Part shown: positions 24,199 through 34,244 of the stretch, piece after piece
How positions within the stretch are numbered: position 1 is the stretch's first letter
Layout of the letters: every line of letters starts with the position of its first letter
NCBI GenBank assembly: GCA_963803435.1
Contig: CAWDML010000003.1
Location: forward strand, 416,001-480,000
Length of the DNA stretch: 64,000 nt
Direction: 5' to 3'
DNA from: an uncultured delta proteobacterium
Lineage (GTDB): Bacteria > Myxococcota > Kuafuiibacteriia > Kuafuiibacteriales > Kuafuiibacteriaceae
Notes under the pieces: model-generated
Database searches by the model: none
The model's input: the letters and a program-made list of their open reading frames with translations, nothing else
Told to the model about the DNA's origin: nothing
Position numbers and translations under genes: made by a program

Positions 24199-24780
24199 TC
24201 ACCGGTCGTTGAGTCGTTCACGCCGATACGGATAGGGTGTGCGGGGCTCCCGGCGCTCCGCCCGCATCGACAGCTCTTGCACGCGCCGCAGATCTCGGCG
24301 GAGCGTGGGCAGCGTGGTGGACGCGTACTCGCGCACCTCGAGATCCTGGCAAACGCTCGCGCAGTGCTCGTAGAGCTGCAGCGCGTTCTCCTGTGCGATC
24401 ACCTGCGTCCTCCGGTAGAGGTCGTCGAACTGGTCGCCCCGGGCCCGCTCGAGGCGCTCGTACGTCCTCGCCTCCTCCGGAAGCATCCGCGCGGGCAGCC
24501 GCTCTCCCTTCGACTCGGCGAGCGCCTCGAGTCGCTGGTTGTTCCGTGCGCCCTGGCGCTCGAGATCCTGCGCGAATCGGGCGAGGTCCCGCGGCGCCTC
24601 CTTTTGCATCGCGAGCTGCGATGACTCGACCTGCAGCGTGCCGAGGCTCGCTGCCTTTTGCAGGAAGTCATGGTCCGCTCTGAGGTTGACGGGGACGCGA
24701 TCGTACGGGCGGTCGTACGCCGAGCTTGCGCAGGACGCCATCGCGACCGCGCCGATCAGACCGAAGATTCTCTTTGGCAT
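24199..24780 (-). CDS. DUF4142 (ferritin-like fold) lipoprotein
   Basis: Lipobox AMASC; D..FLQKAA...QVESSQLA, FD..Y...QV, YA..TLPTL..; RBS GGAGG upstream. Confidence 0.8.
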   Translation of the reverse strand: MPKRIFGLIGAVAMASCASSAYDRPYDRVPVNLRADHDFLQKAASLGTLQVESSQLAMQKEAPRDLARFAQDLERQGARNNQRLEALAESKGERLPARMLPEEARTYERLERARGDQFDDLYRRTQVIAQENALQLYEHCASVCQDLEVREYASTTLPTLRRDLRRVQELSMRAERREPRTPYPYRRERLNDR

Positions 24781-24882
24781 GTGTGCCTCCTCCCGAGGGA
24801 GAAAGCACACGACGATCCGGTTGGGATCGCACGGCTCCCGGCGCTCGCGCGCTCGGACTGCGTGCCGGGGCGGGTCAGTCGC

Positions 24883-26088
24883 TCAGGTCCACTGCGCGGA
24901 TTCGTACGTGTTGCTGCGGAACTGGTGGCGCCAGTCGGAGTCGGACCGGAGCAGCGAAACCATGTCGTTGAGCGCGTTGAAGGGCGTGAGGTAATCGCCG
25001 AAGTAACCGGGGAGCCCGCCGAACATCCAGTCGAGCGCGTCGGCCTGCGCCTGCCCCTGGAGGTGATCCAGGTGGTAGCCGGTCGCGCCGCGCTGGGCCT
25101 GGTAGTCGCCCATGACCTGACCCCAGGGACCGAACATGCCCCAGAAGTCGCGGTTGAACTTGGCCTGGTTCTCGTTGAGCTCGCTCCGGAGCTGGTTGCC
25201 CCACGCTCGGCTCCCCACCGGAGGGCGGAGCTCGCGGGCGAGGGTCGGGTTCTGCGTGGTATCGACGGTCTGGTCGTAGATCGAGGTGTTGCCGTCCATG
25301 ACCCGCTTGGTCCCGGTGATGACGCCGTCGACCTCGCCGTCGCGCTCGCGGACATACTGCGTATGGGCGGCGTCGCCGGTCATGCGGAACGCGTCGTGCG
25401 AGGTCTCGGCCTCGCCGTACTTGCTCGAGCTCTGCGGGTCGGTGATGTGCTGCGCGCGCCACTCGTAGCCGTCCTGCGTGTGGCGGACGTCCTGCTGCGC
25501 CGGGGGACGATCGAGATGGTCGATGTCGATGCGGTCGGCGCCGTTCGTGATCACCATCCGCTGCGAGAGGGACTGGCCGTTGCCCTTGGCCTGATCGTAG
25601 TCGGTGTCGATGAAGACGCGGCTGCCGTCGCCGAGGACCAGGTCGGTGTCCTTGCTGAAGTCGGTGAGGCGCTTTCCGTTCACGTCCATGTGCGGGTCGC
25701 CCCAGATGTGGGTGTTGGGCGTGGCGTCGGCGTTCTGGGTCGGATCGAAGATGTCGATCGTGTGGTTGCCGCGCGGGATGATGTGGTACCCGCCGGCGGT
25801 CTCGACGGTGCCTTCCGGCCAGCCGCTGGGATTCTCGGCGAGACCCTGACCGGCGGGGGCGCCGGCCTGCGCCAGACCGGGACGCGGGATCGAGCCGGCG
25901 TGCGGCATGCAGCCGCCGCGACCGAAGAACGAGCCTCCGCCATCCAGACGATCGTGCACCGAGTGGAAGAGGTTCAGCGTCCTGCGAACGCCGTCGGCGC
26001 CACCCGTGGTGTTGACCACGGTGTTGTTGATCGTGATGTTGAAGTTGTAGAGGCCGTTGTTGTTGTTGTTGTTGATCGTCGTTCCCAT
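24883..26088 (-). CDS. DUF1521 / metal-ion-inducible autocleavage (MIIA)-like protein
   Basis: THIWGDPHMDVNGK...DF....LVLGDGSRVFIDT signature; Asn-rich N-terminus; RBS GGGAG before ATG 26088. Confidence 0.75.
   Translation of the reverse strand: MGTTINNNNNNGLYNFNITINNTVVNTTGGADGVRRTLNLFHSVHDRLDGGGSFFGRGGCMPHAGSIPRPGLAQAGAPAGQGLAENPSGWPEGTVETAGGYHIIPRGNHTIDIFDPTQNADATPNTHIWGDPHMDVNGKRLTDFSKDTDLVLGDGSRVFIDTDYDQAKGNGQSLSQRMVITNGADRIDIDHLDRPPAQQDVRHTQDGYEWRAQHITDPQSSSKYGEAETSHDAFRMTGDAAHTQYVRERDGEVDGVITGTKRVMDGNTSIYDQTVDTTQNPTLARELRPPVGSRAWGNQLRSELNENQAKFNRDFWGMFGPWGQVMGDYQAQRGATGYHLDHLQGQAQADALDWMFGGLPGYFGDYLTPFNALNDMVSLLRSDSDWRHQFRSNTYESAQWT
26056..26073 (-). repeat. (AAC)6 trinucleotide repeat encoding poly-Asn
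   Basis: gttgttgttgttgttgtt on the + strand. Confidence 0.9.
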
Positions 26089-26131
26089 GCTTCGACTCCC
26101 GGCGCGCACCTTCCTCGGCGTGCGGTCTCTC

Positions 26132-26158
26132 TTATCGGTGACTCCCGGTCTCGGTTGC
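26132..26158 (-). promoter_or_regulatory. Putative sigma28 (FliA/WhiG-like) promoter
   Basis: Minus strand GCAA-N15-ACCGATAA versus consensus TAAA-N15-GCCGATAA, in an AT-richer intergenic region. Confidence 0.55.
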
Positions 26159-26374
26159 TAAAAAATCGAGCAATATCAACGATGTAGGTTGGTATGGGTA
26201 CGTGTGGCGACGGGTAATACAGTCGCGCGCGATCCCCGCGACACCTCGAAGCGCACTGAAACCCGCCATACACAGAGTTTGTCAGGACCGAAGGGTCCCT
26301 GCCAATCGAGGACCGCGGTGTACACGCCGGGCCGCCGCGCGGCCGCGATCGTCACCTCCGTGACCAAACATCGC

Positions 26375-27457
26375 TCAGGCCGGCCCGAGCCTCTCGAGAC
26401 ACGCCACGATCTTCTCCGCCGCGCGCCCGTCGCCGTACGGGCCGACCCCGTCCGGGCCGGCGGCGAACGGCTGCGCGAGGGCCTCCTCGGCGGCGGCCAG
26501 GATCCGCGCGGTCGACGCGCCCGCCAAGCGGTTGGCGCCGGCCTCAATCGTCTCGATCCACTCGGTCTCGTCCCGCATCGTGACGCAGGGCACGCCCAGG
26601 AAGAACGCCTCCTTCTGCAGCCCGCCCGAGTCGGTCAGGACCAGCCCGGCCTTCGACATCGTCAGGAGCAGCTCGAGGTAGCCGACGGGATCGCGGAGCT
26701 CGACGGCTTCGCCGGCGTGTTTCGCCAGCTCGGGCGACGCCGCCAGGATCTTGCGCGTGCGCGGGTGGAGCGGGAGCAGCACCGGTCGGCCGAGGCGCGA
26801 GAGGGCGTCGAGGATCGCGGTGAGGCGGGCCGGGTCGTCCGTGTTCTCGGCGCGGTGGAGCGTGGCCAGCGCGAAGGGGCGGGCGGTGCGGGCCGGATCG
26901 AGCGCCACCTGGGTCTTCGCGCGGGCCAGGTTGGCCAGCACGGAGTCGTACATGACGTCGCCGACCCGGTGCACGCCCTCGGTGACGCCTTCGCGCAACA
27001 GCAGCTCCACCGCGTGCTGCGTCGGGCACAACAGGAGCGTCGAGACGTGATCGGTGACGACCCGGTTGATCTCCTCGGGCATCCGCCGGTTGAAGCTGCG
27101 GAGCCCCGCCTCCACGTGCGCCACCGGGATGGAGAGCTTGGCGCCCACCAGGGCGCCGGCCAGGGTGGAGTTGGTGTCGCCGTAGACCACGATCGCGTCC
27201 GGGCGCTGCTCGACGACCACGCCCTCGAGCGCCTCCATCATCCGTCCGGTCATCTGCCCGTGCGGGCCGCCCTGGACGCCGAGGTTTCGATCGGGCTCGG
27301 GGATCTCGAGCTCTTCGAAGAAGAGGCGGCTCATGCCGGGGTCGTGGTGCTGTCCGGTGTGGACCAGGAACTCCTCGTGCGCGCGCCGCAGCACCCGAGA
27401 CACCGCGGCGTGCTTGATGAACTGGGGCCGGGCGCCGACGACGCAGAGGACGCGCAT
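26375..27457 (-). CDS. wecB: Non-hydrolysing UDP-GlcNAc 2-epimerase (WecB/WbpI-like)
   Basis: GARPQFIK, HTGQH, YGDTNST, HVEAGLRS, MPEEINR, TDSGGLQKEA. Confidence 0.92.
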   Translation of the reverse strand: MRVLCVVGARPQFIKHAAVSRVLRRAHEEFLVHTGQHHDPGMSRLFFEELEIPEPDRNLGVQGGPHGQMTGRMMEALEGVVVEQRPDAIVVYGDTNSTLAGALVGAKLSIPVAHVEAGLRSFNRRMPEEINRVVTDHVSTLLLCPTQHAVELLLREGVTEGVHRVGDVMYDSVLANLARAKTQVALDPARTARPFALATLHRAENTDDPARLTAILDALSRLGRPVLLPLHPRTRKILAASPELAKHAGEAVELRDPVGYLELLLTMSKAGLVLTDSGGLQKEAFFLGVPCVTMRDETEWIETIEAGANRLAGASTARILAAAEEALAQPFAAGPDGVGPYGDGRAAEKIVACLERLGPA

Positions 27458-27459
27458 GA

Positions 27460-29019
27460 TCAGGCCGGGCGCAGGAGGCCGCCCTCGAGCGCGTACTTCT
27501 TGCCGCACTTGGGACATGCGGGCGCTGCGCCGTCCGGGAGCCGCTGGCCGCACTCGCACGCCCATCCGATCTGGCGGGCCGGCACGCCCAGCATCACCGC
27601 GTAGTCGGGGACGTTCTTGGTGACGACGGCGCCCGCGCCGATGAACGCGTGGCGCCCCACGGTGTGGTTGCACACGATGGTGCAGTTGGCGCCGAGCGTG
27701 GCGCCCTCCTTGATGAGCGTCTTCGAGTAGGCGGCGGCGCTGGCCTGCGGGTACTTGGCCCGCGGCTCCAGCACGTTCGTGAAGACCATCGAGGGGCCGC
27801 AGAACACGTAGTCCTCGAGCGTCACGCCCTCGTAGACCGAGACGTTGTTCTGCACCTTCACGTGGTTGCCGATGACCGTGTTGGGACCGACGTTCACGTT
27901 CTGTCCGAACGAGCAGCCCTCGCCGATGCGCGCGTTCTTCTGGACGTGCGCGAAGTGCCAGACCTTGGTGCCCCGGCCGATGCGGCAGCCTTCGTCGACG
28001 ATCGCGGTCGGGTGGACGTAGTAGTCGAGCTTGGGCTCGACCTTCTCGGCGGAGCGACCGAGGAGGCTGTCGGTGGCGCGCTCGAGGATGTCGAGCACCT
28101 CGATCGCGTTCTGGGAGCCGGCGATCTCGATCGGCCGGCCGTCCAGGTGCTCGACGAAGTACTCCAGCTCGGCGGTGAGCGGCTGCACCTTGCCGTACGG
28201 GATCGACTCGGTCGGTCCCTCGCGCTTCTTCGGCTCGCCCTCGATCCAGTCGATGCCCTTCTCGTAGAAGAGGATCTCCTTCTGCTCCGAGGAGTCCTCG
28301 AACGAGAGCATGCCCTTGCTGCCGATCGCCACCAGCCGGTGCTCCTTGAACGGGTGGAGCCAGCTGACGAAGATGTGCCCGACGACGTTGTCCGGGTAGG
28401 TCAGCACCGTCATGGTCGAGTCGTGCGTGCCGGGGCGGAGGAACATGCCGCCGCGCGAGAGGACCTCGGTGGGCTGGGTGCCGATGATGAGCTGGAAGAT
28501 CGAGATGTCGTGGGGCGCGAAGCTCCAGAGGATGTTCTCCTCGGTGCGCACGGTGCCCAGGTTGAGGCGGTTCGAGTACAGGTACTCGAGCTTGCCGATC
28601 TTTCCCGAGCGGATCAGCTCGGCGATCCGCTGGACCGCCGGGTGGAAGAGCATCACGTGGCCCACCATCAGGTTGGCGCGGTGCTCGCGGGCGAGGGCGG
28701 CGAGGCGGCGGGCGTCGGCGGCGGTGAGCGCCATCGGCTTCTCCACCAGCACCGGGCAGCCGCGCTCGAGGATCGCCCGGGCCAGGTCGAAGTGGGTCTC
28801 CGCGGGCGTGGCCACGGTGAAGCCGTGGTAGCCGTCCTCGAGCGCCTCCTCGAGCGAGGCGTAGGCGCGGAGCTTCGGGTACTGGGCGGTGAGCGCCGCG
28901 CGGGTGGCGTCGTCGCGCTCGACCAGCGCCGCCAGCGCTCCCAGGTCGTGGAGCGTGCGGACGTGGTTCTTGCCCCAGCGGCCGCCGCCGACCACGCAGA
29001 CGCGCTTCTTCTCAGGCAT
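27460..29019 (-). CDS. Gfo/Idh/MocA dehydrogenase fused to a hexapeptide acetyltransferase (WbpB-WbpD-like fusion)
   Basis: GGGRWG, VEKPMA, FAPHD; then VHPTAIVD, IGRGTKVWHF, KVQNNVSVYEGV, FCGPSMVFTNV, CECG..CPKC. Confidence 0.88.
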   Translation of the reverse strand: MPEKKRVCVVGGGRWGKNHVRTLHDLGALAALVERDDATRAALTAQYPKLRAYASLEEALEDGYHGFTVATPAETHFDLARAILERGCPVLVEKPMALTAADARRLAALAREHRANLMVGHVMLFHPAVQRIAELIRSGKIGKLEYLYSNRLNLGTVRTEENILWSFAPHDISIFQLIIGTQPTEVLSRGGMFLRPGTHDSTMTVLTYPDNVVGHIFVSWLHPFKEHRLVAIGSKGMLSFEDSSEQKEILFYEKGIDWIEGEPKKREGPTESIPYGKVQPLTAELEYFVEHLDGRPIEIAGSQNAIEVLDILERATDSLLGRSAEKVEPKLDYYVHPTAIVDEGCRIGRGTKVWHFAHVQKNARIGEGCSFGQNVNVGPNTVIGNHVKVQNNVSVYEGVTLEDYVFCGPSMVFTNVLEPRAKYPQASAAAYSKTLIKEGATLGANCTIVCNHTVGRHAFIGAGAVVTKNVPDYAVMLGVPARQIGWACECGQRLPDGAAPACPKCGKKYALEGGLLRPA

Positions 29020-30139
29020 AGAAGGCCTCGACCTTCTCGATCACGTGGTCCTGCATCTCCGGCGTGAGCTCGGGGTAGATCGGCAGCGCCAGCGTGTGCC
29101 GTGAGGCGTGCTCGCTCTTCGGGAAGGTGCCGCGCGGCAGGCCGAGATACTCGAAGCAGCGCTGCTCGTGGAACGCGACCGGGTAGTAGACCTCGCACCC
29201 GATGCCCTGCTCGTGGAGCGCCTTCAGGAGCTCGTCGCGCCGGTCCGCCACCGAGATCACGTACTGGTTGTAGACGTGGGCGTCGCGGCCCCAGACGGCC
29301 GCCGGCTTGGTGATCGCGGGCGAGGAGAAGCGCGCGTCGTAGTGGGCCGCGTTCTTCCGTCGTCCCGCGTGCCAGGCCTCCAGGTAGTCGAGCTTCACGG
29401 TGAGCACGGCCGCCTGGATGGGATCGAGGCGGAAGTTCCCGCCGATCATCGCGTTGTGGTACTTCGGCTTGGAGCCCTGGAGCCTGAGCACGCGCATCTT
29501 CTCCGCGAGCGCGTCGTCGTCCGTCACCACCATCCCACCGTCGCCGACGCCGCCCAGGTTCTTGCTGGGGAAGAACGAGTAGCAGCCGATGGTGCCCATG
29601 GTCCCGGCCTTCTTGCCGAGCGGGGGATAGCTCGCGCCGATCGCCTGGGCCGCGTCCTCGATCACCGGGAGGTTCCGCTTCGCGGCGATCTCCAGGATCG
29701 GGGACATGTCGGCGCACTGGCCGTACAGATGGACCGGGATGATCGCCTTGACCTGGTCGGCGCGCGGATCGGTCTCGAAGAAGCGCGCCAGCAGCTTCGG
29801 ATCGAGGTTGTAGCCGGCCGGCTCGATGTCGGCGAACGCGGGGACGCCGCCGAGCCGCGCCACGCAGCCGGCGGAGGCGAAGAAGGAGTAGGGCGAGGTG
29901 ACCACCACGTCGCCGGGCCCCAGGTCGAGCGCCATCAGCGCGATCAGCAGCGCATCCGTCCCGCTCGACACGCCGATCGCGTGCTTGGCGCCGACGTACG
30001 CGGCGATCCGGTGTTCGAGCTCCTCGACCTTGGGACCCATGATGTAGCGGGTCGAATCGATCACCTCGAGCACGGCTTGATGCACGCGATCGCGGATCGG
30101 AGCGAGCTGAGCCTTCAGGTCGAGCAAGGGAACCTGCAC
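29012..30139 (-). CDS. DegT/DnrJ/EryC1/StrS PLP aminotransferase (WbpE-like)
   Basis: SSGTDAL, PVHLYGQ, IEDAAQAIG, SFFPSKNLG, GGNFRLD. Confidence 0.92.
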   Translation of the reverse strand: MQVPLLDLKAQLAPIRDRVHQAVLEVIDSTRYIMGPKVEELEHRIAAYVGAKHAIGVSSGTDALLIALMALDLGPGDVVVTSPYSFFASAGCVARLGGVPAFADIEPAGYNLDPKLLARFFETDPRADQVKAIIPVHLYGQCADMSPILEIAAKRNLPVIEDAAQAIGASYPPLGKKAGTMGTIGCYSFFPSKNLGGVGDGGMVVTDDDALAEKMRVLRLQGSKPKYHNAMIGGNFRLDPIQAAVLTVKLDYLEAWHAGRRKNAAHYDARFSSPAITKPAAVWGRDAHVYNQYVISVADRRDELLKALHEQGIGCEVYYPVAFHEQRCFEYLGLPRGTFPKSEHASRHTLALPIYPELTPEMQDHVIEKVEAFYA

Positions 30140-30184
30140 GGCCTGCGGCTTATCACGGCCGTTTACGGAGCGGCCACCATTTCC

Positions 30185-30742
30185 TCATTTGACCACGAAC
30201 GTATAGTCGCCCTCGGGCGTGCCGTCCTTCGAGGCGACCACGGCGACCGCGACGGCGGCGCCGGCGACTGCGGCCGCGCCCACGAGGACGCCCCAGAACC
30301 AGCCGCGCGCGTACAGCGGCGGCTCCTCGGGCGGAGGAACCTCGACGAGCACCTCGCGGGTGATCGTCGCGGTCGTGACGGGGCGCGCGGCCTCGCGGGC
30401 GATCCGCTCCGCCTCGAGCTGCCTCAGCTCGGCCATCAGACGCTCGACGGCGGGGCGGTCGCGACCCCTCGCCTTCGAGTGCTCGGTGTCCCGCAGGTAG
30501 CCCTCGAGGAAGAAGAGCGCGCGCGCGTAGTTCTGGAGGTTGCGATGACACTGCGCGATGTTGAAGAGGAGGTCGGGCAGCGGAAGGATCTCGTACGCAT
30601 GCGTATACTCGTCGAGCGCCTCCTCGAAGCGGCCCAGCTTGAAGTCGGCCTGGCCCTCGTCGAAGTACGCCTTCGCCCGGGCACGCGCGTCCCCGTGGGG
30701 CGCGGCGAGGAGTGCGAGCAGTGCGACGACGGCGGTGGCCAC
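30185..30742 (-). CDS. TPR protein with C-terminal hydrophobic segment (paralogue of 8812..9450)
   Basis: [25 protein letters not shown]...LLFNIAQC; PLYARGWFW + hydrophobic helix; start uncertain (GTG 30742 chosen). Confidence 0.8.
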   Translation of the reverse strand: MATAVVALLALLAAPHGDARARAKAYFDEGQADFKLGRFEEALDEYTHAYEILPLPDLLFNIAQCHRNLQNYARALFFLEGYLRDTEHSKARGRDRPAVERLMAELRQLEAERIAREAARPVTTATITREVLVEVPPPEEPPLYARGWFWGVLVGAAAVAGAAVAVAVVASKDGTPEGDYTFVVK

Positions 30743-30854
30743 GGCGCCCTCGACGATGCGCCGGCCCGCCGTTCGGCGCCAGCCTGAAGTGCCGCACGTG
30801 TGGCGAGGTGCGACCTCTGTCCCCAGGCGTGACCGTGGGCATAGACTCGGGTCC

Positions 30855-33560
30855 ATGGCGCGGTGGTGGGTGCCGGCCTTGCTGCCGCTCCTCGGGTGCG
30901 GCGAGGCCACGGGGATCCTGCTGACCGTCGACTACGATCCGACGGTCGGCCGCGCCGTGGTCACGGGCACCGCCGGTGGAGAAGAGGTGATTCCACCGTC
31001 GGAGGCCCGCGACCTCCTGGAGAGCGAGACGCAGGTCGACGTCGTCTTCGTGATCGAACGCGAAGCGCTGATCGGACAGACCGTGTCGCTGTCCGTCGAC
31101 GGCTTCGCCCGCGCCGACAACGCGCTCCTGTTCACCGATCGCGTGGACGTCCCGATCACCGGCGGCCGCTTCGAGCGCGCCGTCGCCACGCTGCGCCCCA
31201 CCGGGGCCGCGCGCTGCGGCGACGGCAAGCGTGAGGGGGCCGAGGCCTGCGACGACGGCGATCTCGACGGCGGTGATGGCTGCTCGCCGGACTGCGTGCT
31301 CGAGGTCGGCTGGGACTGTACGGCCGCGTCGCCGAGCGTCTGCACCCAGGTCGTCTGCGGCGACGGCGTGGTGGCGCGCGCGGGCGAGACCTGCGACGAC
31401 GGCAACACCGAGGGCACCGACGGCTGTGACAGCGCCTGTCAGATCGAGCAGGGGTTCGTCTGCAGCGGCGCCCCCAGCGTCTGCAGCCGCGTGGTCTGCG
31501 GGGACGAACGGCCGGAGGGCGGCGAGGAGTGCGACGACGGCAACACCGTCGACGGCGACGGCTGTTCGAGCACCTGCACGCGGGAGCCCGGCTTCAACTG
31601 CGGCGACGGGCTGATCCGCGGCGTCGAGAGCTGCGACGACAACAACAACGAGAACGGTGACGGCTGCCGCTCCGACTGTGTACAGGTGGCCGGCTGGAGC
31701 TGCCGCGGCGAGCCCTCCGTCTGCGCGCCCGTCTGCGGCGACGGCTCGATCATCGTCGGCCGCGAGGGCTGCGATGACGGCAACAACCGCGGGGGCGACG
31801 GCTGCAGCAGCACTTGCCAGAGGGAGGACGGCTGGGACTGCGCGGGCGCGCCGTCCGTGTGCAGCACCACCTGCGGCGACGGACTGGTCCGCGGCGAGGA
31901 GACCTGCGACGACACGAACACCGCGCCGGGCGACGGTTGCTCCGCCGACTGCACGGTCGAGGCCCCCTTCCAGTGCACGGGCGAGCCGAGCATCTGCTGG
32001 AGCTGCGGTGACGGCGTGGTCGTGGAGGCGCGCGAGGAGTGCGACGACGGCTCGACCGCCGGCGAGGACGGCTGCGGCGACTGCGTGATCGAGGCCGGCT
32101 GGTCGTGCACCGGCTCGCCCTCCCTGTGCGCCGAGACCTGCGGTGACGGCGAGATCGATCCGGGCGAGGCCTGCGACGACGGCGACAGCAGGCCCGGCGA
32201 CGGCTGCTCCTCGAGCTGCCGCGTCGAGCCCGGCTGGAGCTGCCCCAACCAGACGTCGTGCCAGCCGATCTGCGGCGATGGCCGCGTGATCGCTCCCGAG
32301 GCCTGCGACGACGGCGGCACCGCGCCGGGCGATGGCTGCTCGCTGGTCTGTGCGGTCGAGCCCGGCTGGAGCTGTCACGGCGAGCCCTCGGTGTGCGAGC
32401 GCTGCGGCAACGGCGTCGTCGAGGGCAACGAGGCCTGCGACGACGGCGGCACGGCGCCGGGCGACGGCTGCACCGCGTGTGCGATCGATCCGGGCTGGTC
32501 GTGCTCGGGCCAGCCCTCGACCTGCACCAACAACTGCGGCAACGGCACCGTGAACCCCGGCGAGAGCTGCGACAGCACCGCCGGCTGCTCCGCGAGCTGC
32601 CAGCCGCTCCCGGGCTACAGCTGCGCCGGTAACGTCTGCCACCCCATCTGCGGCGATGGCATGCGTCTCGGCGCCGAGGTCTGCGACGACGGCAACGGCG
32701 GCTCGGGCGACGGTTGCAGCGACGTCTGCCAGATCGAGGTCGGCTTCGCCTGCAGCGGCTCGCCCTCCGTCTGCGCGGCGATCTGCGGCGATGGCCGGAT
32801 CGTGGGCGGCGAGAGCTGCGACGACGGCGGCAATGTCTCGGGCGACGGCTGTAGCGCCGGCTGCGCCCAGGAGCTCGGGTGGCAGTGCAGCGGGACACCG
32901 TCCAGCTGCAGCGCGGTCTGCGGCGACGGGCTCCTCCGCGGCGCCGAGGCCTGCGACGACGGCAACGGCGCCCCCAACGACGGCTGCAGCGCGGCCTGCG
33001 CCGTCGAGCCGGGATGGTCGTGTACCGGCGCGCCCTCGATGTGCACCCGTCCCTGCGGCAACCATGTGCTCGACGCGGGCGAGCAGTGCGACGACGGCAA
33101 TACGGCCGCCGGCGACGGCTGCTCGCCTTCGTGCCAGATCGAGAGCGGGTTCATGTGCGATCCCGGCGTGGTGCCGAGCATCTGCCGCCATATCGGGTGC
33201 AGCACCTGCCAGCCGGGCGGGCGCTGCTATCAGGCCTGCACCGGCGGCGGCTGCGACGGCGCGGCCCGGATCGCCTGCCCGACCGGCTGCGACTGCGTGA
33301 TCGACTGCCGGCCGGTCGGCAACGGGACCTGCGGCGCCGACTGCGACGAGGCCCTCGGAACCGAGACCACCTGCGTCGTCCTCTGCGACGGCGTCGGGAA
33401 CTGCGGCAAGACGTTCTGCCGCAACGGCGCCGAGTGCAGGCTGGCTTGCGATGCCAGCACCGGCGGGTGCGACTTCAACAACTGTCAGGGCGCCACCCTC
33501 AACTGCGGCAACGACAAGGGCTGCAACGGAGGTTGCTCGCTGCCGGTGCCGGCCTACTGA
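30855..33560 (+). CDS. Myxococcal Cys-rich repeat (DUF4215-like) lipoprotein
   Basis: [15 protein letters not shown] lipobox; 15 CG[DN]G....E.CDDGN...GDGCS..C..E.GW.C repeats. Confidence 0.9.
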   Translation: MARWWVPALLPLLGCGEATGILLTVDYDPTVGRAVVTGTAGGEEVIPPSEARDLLESETQVDVVFVIEREALIGQTVSLSVDGFARADNALLFTDRVDVPITGGRFERAVATLRPTGAARCGDGKREGAEACDDGDLDGGDGCSPDCVLEVGWDCTAASPSVCTQVVCGDGVVARAGETCDDGNTEGTDGCDSACQIEQGFVCSGAPSVCSRVVCGDERPEGGEECDDGNTVDGDGCSSTCTREPGFNCGDGLIRGVESCDDNNNENGDGCRSDCVQVAGWSCRGEPSVCAPVCGDGSIIVGREGCDDGNNRGGDGCSSTCQREDGWDCAGAPSVCSTTCGDGLVRGEETCDDTNTAPGDGCSADCTVEAPFQCTGEPSICWSCGDGVVVEAREECDDGSTAGEDGCGDCVIEAGWSCTGSPSLCAETCGDGEIDPGEACDDGDSRPGDGCSSSCRVEPGWSCPNQTSCQPICGDGRVIAPEACDDGGTAPGDGCSLVCAVEPGWSCHGEPSVCERCGNGVVEGNEACDDGGTAPGDGCTACAIDPGWSCSGQPSTCTNNCGNGTVNPGESCDSTAGCSASCQPLPGYSCAGNVCHPICGDGMRLGAEVCDDGNGGSGDGCSDVCQIEVGFACSGSPSVCAAICGDGRIVGGESCDDGGNVSGDGCSAGCAQELGWQCSGTPSSCSAVCGDGLLRGAEACDDGNGAPNDGCSAACAVEPGWSCTGAPSMCTRPCGNHVLDAGEQCDDGNTAAGDGCSPSCQIESGFMCDPGVVPSICRHIGCSTCQPGGRCYQACTGGGCDGAARIACPTGCDCVIDCRPVGNGTCGADCDEALGTETTCVVLCDGVGNCGKTFCRNGAECRLACDASTGGCDFNNCQGATLNCGNDKGCNGGCSLPVPAY
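31214..33190 (+). repeat. 15 tandem ~40 aa myxococcal Cys-rich repeats; boundaries approximate
   Basis: Recurrent tgcggcgacggc...tgcgacgacggc motifs at about 120 bp spacing. Confidence 0.9.
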
Positions 33561-33566
33561 GCGCGC

Positions 33567-34244
33567 GTGCTGCCGGTCTACCTCATCCTGATGGCGCAGT
33601 CGCCCGATCCCGTGGCCGCCTGGCTGGCGCCCAGCCCGCTCGACTTCGAGCGCATCCTCGACGAGACGAGCGCGCTGTGCGAGCGCGCCGAGGCGATCGA
33701 CGCGGCGGTGGCGCGGGTGCAGAACGCGGCCGCGCAGAGCTGGTCGATCACCAGCAGCAAGACGCCGGACGCGCTCGCCGTCGAGCCGATCCTCCTCCGC
33801 GATCATCGGGACGCGGTGCAGTCCCTCCGCGCCTCTTCGGAGCGGCTGGAGCGGATCAGCGAGGCGCCCACGGTGGCGCCGGTCGTCATCGGCGCCCGCG
33901 GGGAGCGCGTGAAGCAGCTCCTCGAGCGGACGCGCCTCTTGGTGCGGCGCTACGCCGAGATGCTCGCGTGGCACGAGCGCTATGTGCGGCCGGCGCTGGC
34001 GCGGCTCGAAGGCTCTCCGGCCCTCTCACCGCGCGCCGGCTGGCCGCTCCCGCGCGTGCGCGCCTCGGACGATCCGCTCCCGCGCACGGCCGTGATCGGG
34101 ATCGGGGGCGGCCTCGTCTGCCCCGACGGTCTCCGCGCCGACGGCTCGACAGTGCTCTTGAAGGGCGAGATCGCCTGCTACGGAGAGTCGGACTGCTCGT
34201 GCGTGCCGGTGCCGGTGGCGCCGGGCGCGGTGCTGGGGCCGTAG
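33567..34244 (+). CDS. Hypothetical protein (helical N-terminus, Cys-containing C-terminus)
   Basis: Starts 6 bp after the upstream stop; typical GC3 codon usage. Confidence 0.65.
   Translation: MLPVYLILMAQSPDPVAAWLAPSPLDFERILDETSALCERAEAIDAAVARVQNAAAQSWSITSSKTPDALAVEPILLRDHRDAVQSLRASSERLERISEAPTVAPVVIGARGERVKQLLERTRLLVRRYAEMLAWHERYVRPALARLEGSPALSPRAGWPLPRVRASDDPLPRTAVIGIGGGLVCPDGLRADGSTVLLKGEIACYGESDCSCVPVPVAPGAVLGP

Noticed and set aside
30153-33974. 1273 aa minus-strand ORF (similarly 7246..10578, 38358..41234, 41817..44585, 49212..53285, 54953..57862)
   Set aside because: Antisense shadows of real high-GC3 genes; no family motifs
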